Origin: the human T2T-CHM13v2.0 reference genome, Homo sapiens
Length of the DNA: 64,000 bases
Assembly: GCF_009914755.1 (NCBI RefSeq)
Contig: NC_060939.1
Direction: 5' to 3' (one strand)
The position numbers and the translations under genes were made by a program. Below are positions 24,030-38,042 of the stretch, in pieces; within the stretch, counting starts at the first letter, position 1, and each line of letters begins with the position of its first letter. Below the pieces are notes generated by a model, which did no database searches, was not told where the DNA came from, and saw only the letters and a program-made list of their open reading frames with translations.

Positions 24030-25042
24030 AAATAAGTAAAAGTAACTATAGCTACAATAATTTATTAATGAATATACAATGTATAAAAGATGTAATTTGT
24101 GACATCTTTGACATAAAACAGGATAATTATAAGATGTTTTATGAAAAACCTCATGGTAACCACAAAAAAAGAACAGTAGTAGATACACAAAAGAGAAAGA
24201 GAAAGAAATCAAAGCACACCATACAAAAAAAAATCATCAAATTACAGAGAAAGACAGCAAGAAATGAACAATGGAATGAAGGTGCTACAAACAGCCAGAA
24301 AACAATTAACAAAATAGCAGTAATAAGTCCTTACTATCATTAATTACTATAAATGTAAATGGATTAAATTCTTCAATAAAAAGAAATGCAGTGGCTCAAT
24401 GGATAAGAAAAAAAGAACCAACTATATGGTGTATACAAGAGACTCACTTTAGCTTTAAGGACACACATAGGCTGACAGTCAAGGGACAAAGATATCACAT
24501 GCAAATGATAACCAGGTGCAGCAGAAATGGCTATACTTATATCAGACAAAGTAGATTTTAAGTAAAAAAAAAACTATCAATAGAGAAAAAGGAGGTAATT
24601 ATATAACAATAAAGTGGTCGATTTATCAAGAGGATATAGCAACTGTAAATATATAAGCATCCAACATCAGGGCACCAAAATATATGAAGCAAATATTAAC
24701 AGAACTGAAGGAAGAACTATACAGCAATACAATAGAGAATTGGAGGCTTCAATAACCCACTTTCAATAATGGGTAGATGACCCAGACAGAAAATCAATCA
24801 GGAAGCAGGAGGCTTAAGCAACAACATGGACCCAAATAACATTTACAGAACATTTCATCCAACAGCAGAAAATGGTATCAAAAAGAATAAAATACCTAGG
24901 AATAAGTTTAAGTCTACAAAAAAAATCCCACTTGGAACTAATAAGTGATTATAGGAAGATTTCAGGATATAAGGTTAGCATACAAAAGTCAGTTGCTATA
25001 CTACATACCAGCAATGAACAAGTGGATTTCAAACTAAAAACA

Positions 25043-26640
25043 CTCCATGCTCACGGATTGGAAGAGCAAATATCATTAAAATGGCTATCCTGCCCAAAGC
25101 AATTTTCCAGATTCAATGCTACTCCTATCAAACTAACAATGTCATTCTTCACATAATTAGAAAAAAAAATTCTGAAATTCATATGGAACCCAAAAAGAGC
25201 TTGATAGCCACACCAATCCTAAGCAAAAGGAACAAAGCTGGAATCATCACACTACCCAACTTCAAACTATACTATTAGGACCAAAACAGCACAGTACTGT
25301 TACAAAAGCCAACACATAGACCAATGGAACAGAGTAGAAAACTCAGAAATAAAGCTGCACACTTACAAGCATCTGACCCTCAACAAGGCCAACAAAAACA
25401 AGTAATAAGGAAAGGACTCCCTATTAAATAAATGATGCTGGCCATATACAGAAGAATAAAACTCAACCCTTACATTTACCATAGACAACAATTAACTCAA
25501 GGTGGATGAAATATTTAAATGTAAGACCTCAAATTATAAATATCGTAGATGAAAAACTAGGAAACACCTTTCTTGACATCAACCTCAGCAAAGAATTTTT
25601 GGCCAAGTCCCCCAAAACAATTGCAACAACAACAACAAATTAAACAGTGAGACCTAATTAAAGAGCTTTCCATAGTAAAGAGAACTATTCATAGAGTAAA
25701 CAGATGACCCACAGAATAAGAGAAAAATATTCACAAACTATGCATCCAACAAAGGTCTAACATTCATAATCTATAAGAAACTTAAACAAATTAACAAGCC
25801 CAAAACAAATAAGCCCATTTTAAAAATATGGGCAAAGGACATGAGCATACATGTCTCAAAATAAGACGCACAGGTGGCCAACAAATACATTTAAAAAATG
25901 CTCATCATCGCTAACCATCAGAGAACTGCAAATGAAAACCATAACGAGACTCCATCTCAGACCCAGTCAGAATGGCTATTATTAAAAAGTCAAAAAACAA
26001 CAAATGCTAGTGAGGGTGCAGAGAAAAGGGAATGCTTATACACTATTGCTGAGAATGTAAATTAGATCAGCCACTGTGTAAAGCAATTTGGAGAGTTCTC
26101 AAAGAGCTTAAAACAGAGCTACATTTGACACAGCAATCCCATTACTGGGTATATATCGAAAAGGAAATAGATCATTTTACCAAATAGATGTATACACGTG
26201 CATGCATGTTCATCACTGCACTATTCACAATAGCAAAGACTTGGAATCTACCTAGGAACCAATCAGTCCTTCACTGGATAAAGGAAATGTGGTACATACA
26301 CACCATGGAGTACTACATAACCATAAAAAAGAATAAAATTACGTTCTTTGTAGCACCATGAATGAAGCTGGAGGCCATAATGAGAATTAATGCAGAAATG
26401 GAAAACCAAGTGTCACATATTCTCACTTGTAAGTAGGAGCTAAACATTGAGCACACAAAAGCATAAATGTGGCAACCAGAGACACTGTGGACTATGGGTG
26501 GTGGGGAGTGCAAGGGAGGAATGGGTTGAAAAACTACCTTTTGGGTACTATGCTCATTACCTGAAAGAAATATGTCCATACAACATGTGACAAACCTGCA
26601 CAGTGTGCCCTGTATCTAAAATAAAAGTTTGATTTAAAAA
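25043..26640 (+). mobile_element. L1PA16/L1PB4-age LINE-1 3' fragment (about 1.6 kb)
   Basis: ORF2 3' region; 3'UTR gaaaaactacct.ttgggtactatgctca; TSD aaactaaaaaca (25031-25042) / atactaaaaaca (26641-26652). Confidence 0.9.
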
Positions 26641-27488
26641 ATACTAAAAACAGAATACCATTTACATTAGCTCTAAAAATGAAATATGTATTTAAAAATG
26701 AATTTTACTTGTAATAAAGTAAAAATCTAAAAAATAGATGCAGAAGATCTATATTTTAAAAATCTCATAAAAACCTGAAAAAAGAAATTTACAAAACAAA
26801 AATGAGGAGATAATCTGTGTTCATGGATAGAAAGCCTAAATATTGTCGTCAAGATCTCAGTTATTCCCAACTAATCTATAGTTTCAATGTAGTCCCAACA
26901 AAAATTCCAGGGAGTTATTTTGTGGATATTGTTAAATTGACTCCAAAGTTTATATGGAGAAGCAAAAGACCCAAAATAACCAACTCAATACTGAAGGTGA
27001 AGAACAAAGTCAGTGTGGACTGCAACTATGTAACTTCCAGACTTACCTATAAAGCTAGAATAATTAAGAAGTGTGGCATTGGTGAAATAATAGACACATA
27101 GATTAAAGGAACAGAATTGAGAGGTCAGAAATAGACCCACATATATATTATTAATTGATCTTTGACGAAGTAGCAAAGGCAATATAATAGTGCAATGATA
27201 ATCTTATCAACAAATGGTACTGAAACAACTGCACATCCGTATTAAAAAAGATTTTAGACACAGACCTGACACACTTTACAAAATTACCTCAAAATGGATC
27301 CTAGATCTAAATGTAAAATATAAAATTATAAAACTTTCAGAAGATAACAGCAGAAAATCTAGATCACCTTGGATATTGTGATATTTTAGGCATGATACAA
27401 AAAAGAAACAATTAAGGACTTCTTTAAAATCTGGAATTTCTGTTCTGTGAAAAACCATGTCAAGAGAATGAGAAGACCAGCCACAGAC

Positions 27489-27489
<1 letters not shown>

Positions 27490-27522
<33 letters not shown>
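27490..27522. repeat. 33-nt poly(A) expansion inside L1MC
   Basis: Uninterrupted A run. Confidence 0.9.
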
Positions 27523-27525
<3 letters not shown>

Positions 27526-29446
27526 CAAAAGACATGCTGATAAAAGACTGTTATTCAAAGTATAGAAAAAACAAAACCTTAAAACTCAGTAACACCAAAA
27601 AGAAAACTTGATTTGAAATACGGGCAAAAGACCTTAAAAGACACTTCACCAAAAAAGATATACAGATGGCATTTAGGCATATAAAAAGGTGTTCAATATC
27701 ATATACCATTAAAGAATTGCAACCTAAAATAAAAATTAAGTCAACAATGAATTGCCACTACACGCCTATTAAAATGGTGAAAATCCAAAACACTGACAAC
27801 ACTAAATTCTAGCAAGGATGTGGAGTAAAAGAAACTCTCATTTATTACTGATGGGATGGCAAAATGGTACAGCCATTTTGGAAGACAGTTTGGCAGTTTC
27901 TTATCAAAACTGAACATCTTCCTATACAATCCCGTAATCATGCTTCTTGGTATTTACCCAAAGGAATTGTCTTTATGGCCACCCAAAAACTTTCACCTGG
28001 ATCTTTTTAGCACTTTACTCATTATCACCCAAATTGAAAGTGAACTGAGATATTCTTCAGTAGGTGAATTAATAAATTGTGTTACATCCAAGCAATGGAA
28101 TGTTATTCAGTGTTAAAAAAAAAAAAAAGTAGCTATGAAGCCACTGCAAGACATGGAGAAACTTGAAATGTATATTACTAAGTGAAAGAAGTCAATCTGA
28201 AGATGTTCTAATTTGGGGTATCTTGACCTAATCAGGCTCAGCCACATTTTCACTTTTCTTGAACATTTTGTCTAATTGAAAGGCTTTACTGGTCTTGACA
28301 ACCTTATTTTGATCTTTATTCTGAAATAAATTATACCATTGGGAAGTTTTAACAATAAGTGTGTCAGTCATTCTAGTAATTTTGGTTCTCCAGGCAACAT
28401 TGAGATAATTCATCTTTTTACTCAAAAGATTTATCAGTGTTTTTCTTTACGGATATTTGTTGAGGAGATTTTCATTTTATTAACCATGAAAATCTTCCAA
28501 TTTCTAGACTCTATTCTCTTTCATTTCAGCTTGGAACTATTTAATGAGTTCATCTCTCTCTTAAAATACCTTTTCAAATGCAGCCAGTGGTCACTAATAA
28601 ATACTATACTAACTTGTAATTTCAAATTGTAACCTTAAAGCTATAAATTTTAGGTGTATTATTACTTTCAAAATTATCTCATATAACTTTTTTTTAACAA
28701 TTGTTTACCACTGTTATATAGGGATTGATTTTTTCCCAGCCTTTCAGAAAAGCTTCCTTAATCTCTGTTCCCAATACAATAACATTTATTTTATTATTTT
28801 TGTTAGGAAAGAACCTTCCTTCTAGGTACCAGTTTTTGTATAGTCTATAAAAGCCCCAATAAAATAACACTTATTATTTTTGCGATGGAAGCATTCTCCT
28901 TCTAGGTATCAATTTCATCAATTTCTGCACTAGTCTGCAAAGGCTGTGTTATGTTATGGCAAAAAAACAACTCCAAAATCTTTTTTCCTTTTAAAAATTT
29001 TAGTACACATTTTAAAATATTTTTAATAAACTTTTAAAATTATAGATAAAATTGTATGTATTTATCATATATAACTCAAAAATCTTAGTGACTTAAATCA
29101 TCAAACATTAATTTTTTTCTCATCTTACATATCCATTTTGGCTATTGGGGGTTCTACTCCATGTATTCCTCACTCCAGGAATCAGGCTGCCTAGCGCCAT
29201 TTGGAAATGAATAAGTAAACTTTTTCCTAAAATACCCAATAGTAAATATTTTATCTCTCAGGACAGTGTTTAATGAGAAAGAAGGGGTATGAGATTAGTA
29301 GCTAAGCTTATATCAGGAGAAATGTAGGCAAAATGGCAATGGAATGATGTGCTCAAAGTGCTTGAAAAAAATTTCAAATCCATCAATCAATAATTTTTTA
29401 TTAGAGAAAATATCTTACAAAAATTAAGGTGAAATAAAAACATTTC

Positions 29447-29801
29447 CAGCAGTGCATGGTGGCTCATGCCTGTAATCCCAACACTTTTGGAGGCTAAGGC
29501 AGGAGGACTGTTTGAGCCCAAGATTTCAAAAACGGCCTGGGTAGCAAAGTGAGACCTCAACCCTACAAAAAATCAAAAAGTTAGCTGGGCATAGTGGCAC
29601 AAACCTGTCATTTCAGTTGCTTAGGAGGCTGAGGTGGAAGGATCACTTCAGTCCAGGAGGTAGAGGCTGTGGTAAGTCACTACTGCGCCACTGCACTCCA
29701 GCTTGCCTGGGTGACAGGGTAAGACCCTGACTCAAAAAATAAAATAAAATAAAATAAAATAAAATAAAATAAAATAAAATAAAATAAAATAAAATAAAAT
29801 A
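29447..29801 (+). mobile_element. AluJ with (TAAAA)n tail
   Basis: ggaggactgtttgagcccaaga, ggatcactt..gaggctg; 15-bp TSD aaataaaaacatttc at 29432-29446 and 29802-29816. Confidence 0.92.
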
Positions 29802-29810
29802 AAATAAAAA
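29734..29810. repeat. (TAAAA)n pentanucleotide STR, about 14 units
   Basis: Perfect aaaat repeats derived from the Alu tail. Confidence 0.95.
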
Positions 29811-30749
29811 CATTTCTAAATAACAAAGCTAGAAAAAAATTCTAACAAAATAGCCTTACAACAAATTCTACAGAATTGTTTAGAATAAAAGGTTATGATA
29901 CCGAGAGAATAACTTGAAACCGCAAGAAGAAGTGAAGAACACTGGCAAAGGTAATATTTTGACAAAAATAATAAGTTCACGAATGTCACAGGATGCAACA
30001 TTAATATATAAAAATCAATAGTCTTTCTGTATAGTAGCAACAGTGGCATTTTAAAAAAATTCATTCAAAGTAGCAGCAGCATATCAAATAGAATGGAGTT
30101 CAACATTCATGGATTGGAGGGCTCAAATTTATTAAAATGACAATATTCTCAAAACTGATCTATAAATTCAATATTATCCGTATAAACATTCCAGAAAGTA
30201 TCTAGTAAAAATTGACAAGGCATTCCTAAAACACATATAAAAATGCAAAAGTCCTAGAATAAACAAAATGTTTCAGCTAAAACAAACAAAATTGGAGGAC
30301 TTATACTTTCTAACCTCTAAACTTATTACAAAGCTACAATAACCAACACTGTGGTACTAGAATAAGTATATAAATATATACCAATATGACAGAACTGAGA
30401 GTCTAAATATTTACCTTTGCATATATGATCAAATGGTTTCTGGCAGCCATGTCAAGGCAATTCAATGGGGAAGCATATATTTTCAATAAATAATGTTGGT
30501 ACAACTGGATAATAATATATATCTGGATGAATTTAAACCCTTTCCTAATGGCATGTGGAAAAATGAACTCAAAATGGAACAAAGAACTAAATGTAAGAGC
30601 TAAAAATGACAAAAGTTCTAGAATAAAACACAGGAGAAAATCTTAATGACTTTGGATTTAGTAATGAGATTCTGGATGCAACACTAAAAGCACAATTCAT
30701 GTAAAAAAATTGATATGTCGTACTTTATTAAAATTTAAAAATTGCTTTA

Positions 30750-32460
30750 TTACTCTTCATTATTATTTTTTCTTTCTGTTCTGAGATTGCATAATCTACA
30801 CTGATCTATCTTCAAGTTAAATAATCCTTTCTTCTGCTAGTTCAAATCTACTGTTGAGCCCCTCTATTGGATTTTTCTTTTCAGTTATTGTACTTTTCAG
30901 CTCCAAGATTTCTATTTTTAAAAATAATACAGTCTCTTCATTGAGATTTCTTAACTGTTGTAACATTATCATCAGAAAGTATTATTTTATATCTTTGAGC
31001 ATGGTTTTCTTTAGTTCTTTGTATATATTTATAATGGCTATTTAGAAGTCTTTGTTAAATCTGACACCCATTCACTCTCACCTTTTTTTCTCAGGTTTAT
31101 GTCCAATTGTCCTGTTACATCACTATATCTATCTGTCTATCTCTAAATATATATATATGTGTGTGTGTGTGTGTGTTTGTGTGTGTGCATGGGTGTGTGT
31201 GTGTGTGTGTGTATATATCTCAGACATTTAAAATAATGTATTATTGCATTCTGGATATCTGCCCCTCACACCCACCTCTCTAAGACTTATTATTACTCAC
31301 TCAGTGACTACCTTAATTATTTTAGTGAAGCCTACTCATCCCCACAGTATAAAGCTTCTGATCCTTCCCCTTGAAAATGAAACCTTGGGCATATGCATTG
31401 TCATCTGGATTAATGATGGTTTTGGCAGAGCCATCTTTGATAGTCTTTTTTTTTTCTGACCACATGTAACTGTTAAGTTCCATGAATTTCTGGCTGATTG
31501 CTCCATTATGTTCAATAAGGACCTAGGGCATATACTGCTCCACAGAGTGATCCAACTAAATTCAGGCTCCTGTAGGGGGAGTTTCTGAGGTCTGTGTTTG
31601 AGATTGTTTTTGCCACAGAATGTCTTTCCTTAGCTATCTATTTCCCTGATTTCTTCTGGTAAAATATCCATATAAGGATTTAGCTTACATGTCTAAATAG
31701 CCTGCCAGCTTCCTTTTAATTACCTTAAGCCACACAGTCCATTGATTTAGTGCTCCTAGGCTTAACTTTCCCATGCTGTTGCAATTCAGGCAGTTCCTTT
31801 AGGAAAAAAAATGTGGACCGCTCTGTTTTACGGCCTGCCTCTACCCTGGGGCAAAATCTCTGAGTCAGGGCTCTAAGCTGAGCGGAGGGACAGCAGTGCA
31901 TTTCTCTCTGACACTTCTTAGGAAGTGAGCAATCAACTAGGTATAGGGATGGGGCAGTTGTGGCTGAAGCCTCAGGTCTTCTCAGTTTGTTTCTCTCTGA
32001 GTGGGACAGAGAGGTGGCCATCTGCGTCTCAGAATATTCTAAACACTACACCCAAGATAGAGCCCCTATCCCATAAGTTGGGGCAGGGCAGAAGAATGGC
32101 GCTCTTACCTCTTGGCTGTGCCTGTTTGGAACTTAGCCTCTGCAATACGTAGCTGGAGCACAGTGAGCAATTTTGATGTACTGCCCCTCCTGAAGAGATA
32201 CTACAGCCCTGCAATTGGAACTGTGTGGAGAGGATTCCTGTATTCTTGGCTATACCTATTTGGAGAGGAGTTTCCATCATACTGAGTTGGCATGGGGAAA
32301 GGAGGGAGTGGACTGTGGTTCAAACACCACAGGTGCTTACTGTTCTTAGCAAATTTGAGTAGGTTTTTTCAATTACGTATGTATATTTTTTCATTTGCTG
32401 TATGTTCTTAGGTACGTTTCCAGAAACTTTAGATTGTCATTTTTCTAATTCTCAGCAGTT
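30750..32460 (-). mobile_element. old L1M ORF1/5' region, reverse orientation
   Basis: tgatctatcttcaagtt..ttcttctgc..ttcaaatctactgttgagcccctc..tcagttattgtacttttcagctcca is reverse L1M ORF1. Confidence 0.65.
31147..31218. repeat. (TA)n(TG)n compound microsatellite
   Basis: Direct inspection. Confidence 0.92.
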
Positions 32461-33768
32461 TCACTACGGAGGCTGTCCACACTGCTCCTCGGGCTGCCCA
32501 CCAGAAGTCCATCTGTCAGGCCTTTTTGATCCTGGTTTCCCAAACTGTCCTGGAGACCTCATAGGACAGAAAGAGAGTTCCCACACTGAATCTTTTCTCA
32601 GAAGCTCCAACATACCCTAAAGTTTCCACTGAGCCCTGTTTTGTATGGTCCTCAATAGCTGTTTTGATAGGGAAGTTGGGATTGGAAAGAAAGGAGATTC
32701 TGTTCCTGACACCAAGTTTCCAGAGCTCTGTCCACCTTTTCCCTTATATAGCTCCACTGTGCAGAAGAACAAAACACTCAACAATTTATTAATGTGAGCA
32801 AACTTTTCCAAAAATACTTAGTCCACTATATTAAAATTGGCACCATGGTAAGGAATAAAATCTGACTCATTGTCTTCAGACCCTAAGTCTAATTCTACAA
32901 AAATCCTCCGTGATGCACATATTCTGCATGAATAATTTTATGGCTCTTTCACTTTGACCTTTGGCTATATTAAAGCAATCATAAGATTTACAGATGAGAA
33001 ACATAAGAAATATATAATGATTAAAATTTAAAATACATAACATAACCTTTCATAATCAAATTGAATGTTTTGCTAATTTGTTCTCAAAAGTATATTGATT
33101 AAATGTGTTTTATAACTAAGAAATATAAGAAAATCTAATTAATATGTGCCTGAAATGAAGATATTCATAACAATGAACTCTAGATCATACATGTTAATGC
33201 ATCTTAGAGTATTCTCCAATACATTTAGTAATTGGGTCTCATTCTTGGCAAACATTTTAAATGATATTTCCTATAATTGTTTGTAAAAACATTTTATTTG
33301 CCATTTGAAATATTATTCATTGTCTTTATGCAGATAAATTTAAAATAATTTTTGTATAGTCTCTTTTTTTCAGCATCAGTGCCTTAATTATTGATGCTGA
33401 GGGTGTTTTTTTCTTTTTGTCAGAAGTGTGGATTTTGTCAAGGACCTAGTGAATACTGGCACTAAACAGATGTGCATTGGTAAACATATGTGACTAAATG
33501 GATAAACACTTTTAAATAAGATTATATCTCTTTCTGAGCTCTTTGAGGATGTGTAGAGTACCTCACTGATTTTGGTATTTTGAGGGCCTGAACCCTCTGT
33601 AGCAGGCACTCAACAAATGTAGAAACACATGTTAATCAAGCACTTTATAATACGGTTCTATTTTTAAAACTTATTTTATACAACTTAATTTTATCACTTA
33701 TAAAAACAAATGCAATATTAATAAAATAATCTTTGGAAGTACAAAATGCATATATAAAAGGAAACATA

Positions 33769-34049
<281 letters not shown>

Positions 34050-34149
34050 TTACCGAAGATTACACAATCCAAAAATGAGCAGTGACTGATTTAGTATAAA
34101 TATATACATTTCTATTTATATATTTCTTTTTGTGCTTAAATATTTTTAA

Positions 34150-34385
34150 ATAGATATATTTTATCTTATGACTGTATCACAACCAATTTAACTATTCCTT
34201 TATTGTAAGCTGTTTAGAGAGTTTTTAGTTTTTCTCTGCTATAAATAGTGCCAGAGATAAACATTTTCCATATAACTCAATCTATATCTTGAATATTTCT
34301 TGGTGAAGGGTATAAGAGGTGGAATTACCATGTCATAATGTAATACCTCCTTAGAGCTCTTGAGCAATATTGCCAAATTGCTATG
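34150..34385 (-). mobile_element. L1ME-like fragment
   Basis: caatttaactattcctttatt..gctataaata.tg..agataaacatt..gaggtggaatt..tattgccaaattgct. Confidence 0.55.
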
Positions 34386-35415
34386 GCTGTTAGATATATT
34401 TAGGATCGGGTTTTTTTTTGTTGTTGTTTTTTGGCTCTAGTTGGCTCAGAGAAAAGCCTTTGAACCAGAGGTTTGAAATTTAATAATGTCAAGATTTTAA
34501 AAATTAGTCACCTCAAAACAAAATGGGCTTCTTCAAGAAGTCTGAGTTCTATTACTCTCCTATCTTCAGGCTTTGCACCAACCCTGGTGGGTCTGTTTTC
34601 CCCCTGTGCCCTACCACTCCCACACAACACCTTCAGATCCCAGCTTGGTGCATGGTAACGGCTATTGCTGCCACTGCTGTCAAAAGCACTGCTGTTCAGG
34701 GAGTGTTTGCTGCGTTCAGACATGCACTAAGAACTACCTCCCACGTCTTGGTTCGGTTTCACATAACTCTATTCTGTAGGAGTTCTTTTTAGCTCCTCTT
34801 AGAAAAGATAAAGAGCTTGTCCAGAATTACATAGGTAGGATTGATATGCATCTGTCTGCCTTGTGTTAAGCATGGGAGGGCTGAGGACTGGCGTTTCCAT
34901 CAAATTAAGAGTGTCATTGGTCTCTATAATCTCCACTGTTGTGTAATCAACTTCCTCCTCATAGTTTATCCCATCTATGGCATCTAAGAGTGCACAACTC
35001 AATAAACCTAACCTGTATCTCTACTACGTCTCTTCTGTTACCAGAAAAATCCAGAGATATTTTTCCCCTTGTGCAAATATGATGGTGTGCCTTGTGGTCC
35101 TTCTGAACTGTTAATCAGTTATACATATTTCATTTTGTTCCATCTGCTAATATGTCTGGAAAAAGTATGTCTGTAAGTCTGTATCTGTGGAGAACCCATT
35201 TCCTTCTTGTACACTTCCAAGAGAATTTAATGGAAACTTCAAAGGAAAAGTGGGTTTTTATTGGAGACTACAAAAATACCTAGCACTTCTGACAAGATTG
35301 GGAAATAAAAATACCACTGAAGGTGGTATTTCTGCTGTCAATACCCGATTTCAGTTTGGGAAGAATTTATGTTTAAAGATTTTATTATGGAAGTTGTTTT
35401 GACTGGGACTGCTAA

Positions 35416-35427
35416 TGTGTGTGTGTG

Positions 35428-35467
<40 letters not shown>

Positions 35468-35480
35468 ACACAGAGAGAGA
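35416..35480. repeat. (TG)n(GA)n microsatellite
   Basis: About 24 TG units with one CG interruption. Confidence 0.95.
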
Positions 35481-36257
35481 TTTGAACATGCCACAAAAAT
35501 GGCTTAAATCTCAATGCTGATTTTAACAGAGTGTAGTTAACCTACTCCAATTAACCCTTGTAGACATAATTAGCTCTCTGGGAACTACCCAAATTCTATC
35601 AGAAGGTGATGGGGAAATTCACTGTGAGGGTTCTGTATCACCTAAAAACCAGGATCTGAGATTCCTGTGAAAAGCAGAATCAGGTGGAGATGTTATTCAG
35701 ACCCTGGGGCCAGGAACAAGAGAATCCAATGAGATCCCGTGTCCTCTGGAGGGCAGGGCTCCCGAGGACAGCTCCACTTAGGCCTAAGTTGGAAAAGCCA
35801 ACTTGAGGGCACTGACAGAACCCCTAATTGCGTGATGCCAAGACAAAGATGATTTATATAGAAAAGAAATCTTTAAAAGTAATAAGTACCAGCAATTGTA
35901 CAAAATATTTAGATAGAATCGTAGATTGTTAGACTTGGGAAATGTATAGTTAGAATTAAGTTTTATAGGTGAGGAAAGTAAGTCCCAGAGTTGTTAAGGG
36001 ACCAGTCTAAAGTGACGCAGCAAGTAAGTTAGAAAATGTATATCAAAGGAGAGCTCAGGTTTCTTGATGGCTTCTCTGGGTTACTTGTCATGAACTCACA
36101 TTACCTCCTTTCATAGTTTGCTTCTGGTAGATTATTTCGGATCTGTTCCGCTGGAATTTAGATATGTATTGCACATGCCAATTTTTACAGTACTTTGCAG
36201 TTTTGTTTATAGGTTGCACTGTTGGATTTATGTTACTTGGTGGGTCTAGTTCATATC

Positions 36258-36582
36258 TAGTTGTCCCTGGTTAACCACAGCAAATACGTTCCAAGGTTCC
36301 CAGTGGATGCCTGAAGCCACAGCTAGTACTGAACCCTGTATGCAGTGTTTTTTTTTTCCTACATACATACCCACAATAGAGTTTAATTTTAGTAAGAGAT
36401 GAACAATAATAACTATAATAAAATAGAACAGTTATAACAATATATTCTCATGAAAGTTATGTGAGTGTGGTCTCTCTCTCTCACTCCTCCCCCATCTCTC
36501 TATCTCTCTCATATCTTATTGTATTTTACCTCAGGTAGCTAAAAGCGTGGAAAGTAAAACTACAGTTAAAGAGAACTACTGT
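36258..36582. mobile_element. MER44 (Tigger7-derived) MITE
   Basis: atacgttccaag..cccagtggatgcctgaa..tagtactgaaccct..aaagttatgtga.tgtggtctctctctc; ends actactgta. Confidence 0.82.
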
Positions 36583-37016
36583 ACTCCTGGAAATGGCCAG
36601 GCTCTTAGTAAATGCTACTAAAACCTAATATATGTACTACAACTGAGGGATAACAAACCTAAAGCGTGTGGTATTAATCTTGCTAAGTGCATGAAAACAA
36701 CATGGAAAATTACCACATTGGTCTGGTGAAATGAGATGTGACATTAATGTTGTCATATGTGTATAATCACTGATCTTATCTTCAGGCAGAGGATATACTA
36801 TTGAAAGATACATACATCTAGAAAGTTATTACGGCCCCCAGTGAAATTAAATAGTAACCTGCAGACTGAAAACTTCTCACCCTGATAGTCTAGTGCCACA
36901 TCTAATTTTTATCAGAATGCTCATTGTCAGTCAGGGGATAACGGATCCTCAGTCCTCCAGGTCATCTGCAGCTTTCCCCAGTCTTCCCTCCTGTGCCATC
37001 ACAGATCCTAGATAAA

Positions 37017-37482
37017 TGTTATTAGTTTCTAGTAATTTATTGCTGAAATAAATTACCACAAACTACGTGGCTTAAACCCACCAAAATTCATTATCGCACA
37101 GTTCTGGAATCCAGGAGTCTGAAATCAGTATCACTGGGCTGAAATCACGGTGTTGATAGGGCAGAGGGAATCTTTTCCTTTCATCTACCAACTTCAGGTG
37201 GCTGCTAGCATTCCTTGGCCTGTGGCCACATCACTCAAATCTCTATCTCTGTCTTCACATCATATTTTCCTCTACTTGTATTCAAATATATCTGTGCCTT
37301 TCTCTTATGAGGACAGTTTTGATTACATTTAGAGCCTCCACCAAATAATTCAGGACAATCCTCTGATCAGGGTAGGGGGGGCAGTCTTAATCTAATCATA
37401 CCTGCATAATCTTAGCCATAGAAAATAACCTCATAGGGATTAGGACCTGCTATCTTCCAGGATCATTATTCAGCCTACTACA
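37017..37482 (-). mobile_element. MLT1D/E-like MaLR LTR
   Basis: aaattaccacaaact..gtggcttaaa..cagttctgga..gtctgaaatcagt.tcactgggctgaaatca; ends attattcagcctactaca. Confidence 0.82.
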
Positions 37483-37736
37483 AAAGTCCACATTGTCTTC
37501 TGGGCTTACACAGGGAAACACAGAGGCAAAACATGGGAAGTCTAAATTCTGCTTGAAAAGCTTGACAGCATTTACTACCTGGAAATTATATGAATCATAA
37601 AGAGGAGATTTGGGAGTGATATTTTTATAGATAGTCTGATACTATTAAATCCATATGAGAGACTGCTTTTCTCTGGCAAAGGGGTATAGATAGAAAATAA
37701 AGAAGTACAAAGCTGAGCCGCTAAGCCCTGGAATTC

Positions 37737-37882
37737 TTTTTTTTTTTTTGAGTTTGGGTCCTCTGATGCACAGGCTGGAGTGCAGTATACAATCATGGCT
37801 CACTGCAACCTCTAACTCCTGGGCTCAAGGAATCCCGAATAGCTGGGACTACAGGTGTGCAACACCATGCTCTGCTAATTTT

Positions 37883-37921
<39 letters not shown>

Positions 37922-38042
37922 GAGAGATGGTGGTCTTGCATTATTGCCCAGATTGGTCTTGAACTTCTGGCCTCAAGCAACCCTCCCACCTCAGCTTCTC
38001 AAAATACTGGGATTACAGGCGCGAGCCACCACGCCTGCTCAG
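37737..38042 (-). mobile_element. AluJ, reverse, with (TG)n expanded in the middle linker (37888-37918)
   Basis: caggctggagtgcagt..atcatggctcactgca..ctcctgggctcaag; TSD-like cctggaattcttt / cctggagctcttt. Confidence 0.9.

Larger units (their letters stand above)
22255..24910 (+). mobile_element. old L1M (L1MA/L1M2-like) with 5'UTR piece, ORF1 end, inter-ORF region and EN domain; internally deleted; interrupted by AluY and an L1PA insert
   Basis: agacttgccctacaagaaatgctaaagggagttcttcaag (ORF1 end); aatgtaaatggattaaatt..caagagactcactt (EN). Confidence 0.75.
24911..28200 (+). mobile_element. L1MC-like 3' region (host of the L1 at 25043-26640)
   Basis: gaactaataagtgattata..ataccagcaatgaacaag resumes as ataccatttacattagc; ends gacatggag.aactt.aaatg.atattactaagtgaaagaag. 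Confidence 0.8.
29280..30745 (+). mobile_element. old L1M fragments (ORF1 end, ORF2 3' part)
   Basis: aaggtgaaataaaaacatt; ttcatggattgga; ttggaggacttatactt; acttattacaaagctaca. Confidence 0.7.

Noticed and set aside
34508-35002. Minus-strand ORFs with protein-like composition (DAIDGINYEEEVDYTTVEIIE...)
   Set aside because: Short, one has a non-ATG start, no family I recognise, no poly(A)/TSD or clear splice frame. A BLASTX/PhyloCSF hit would be needed.
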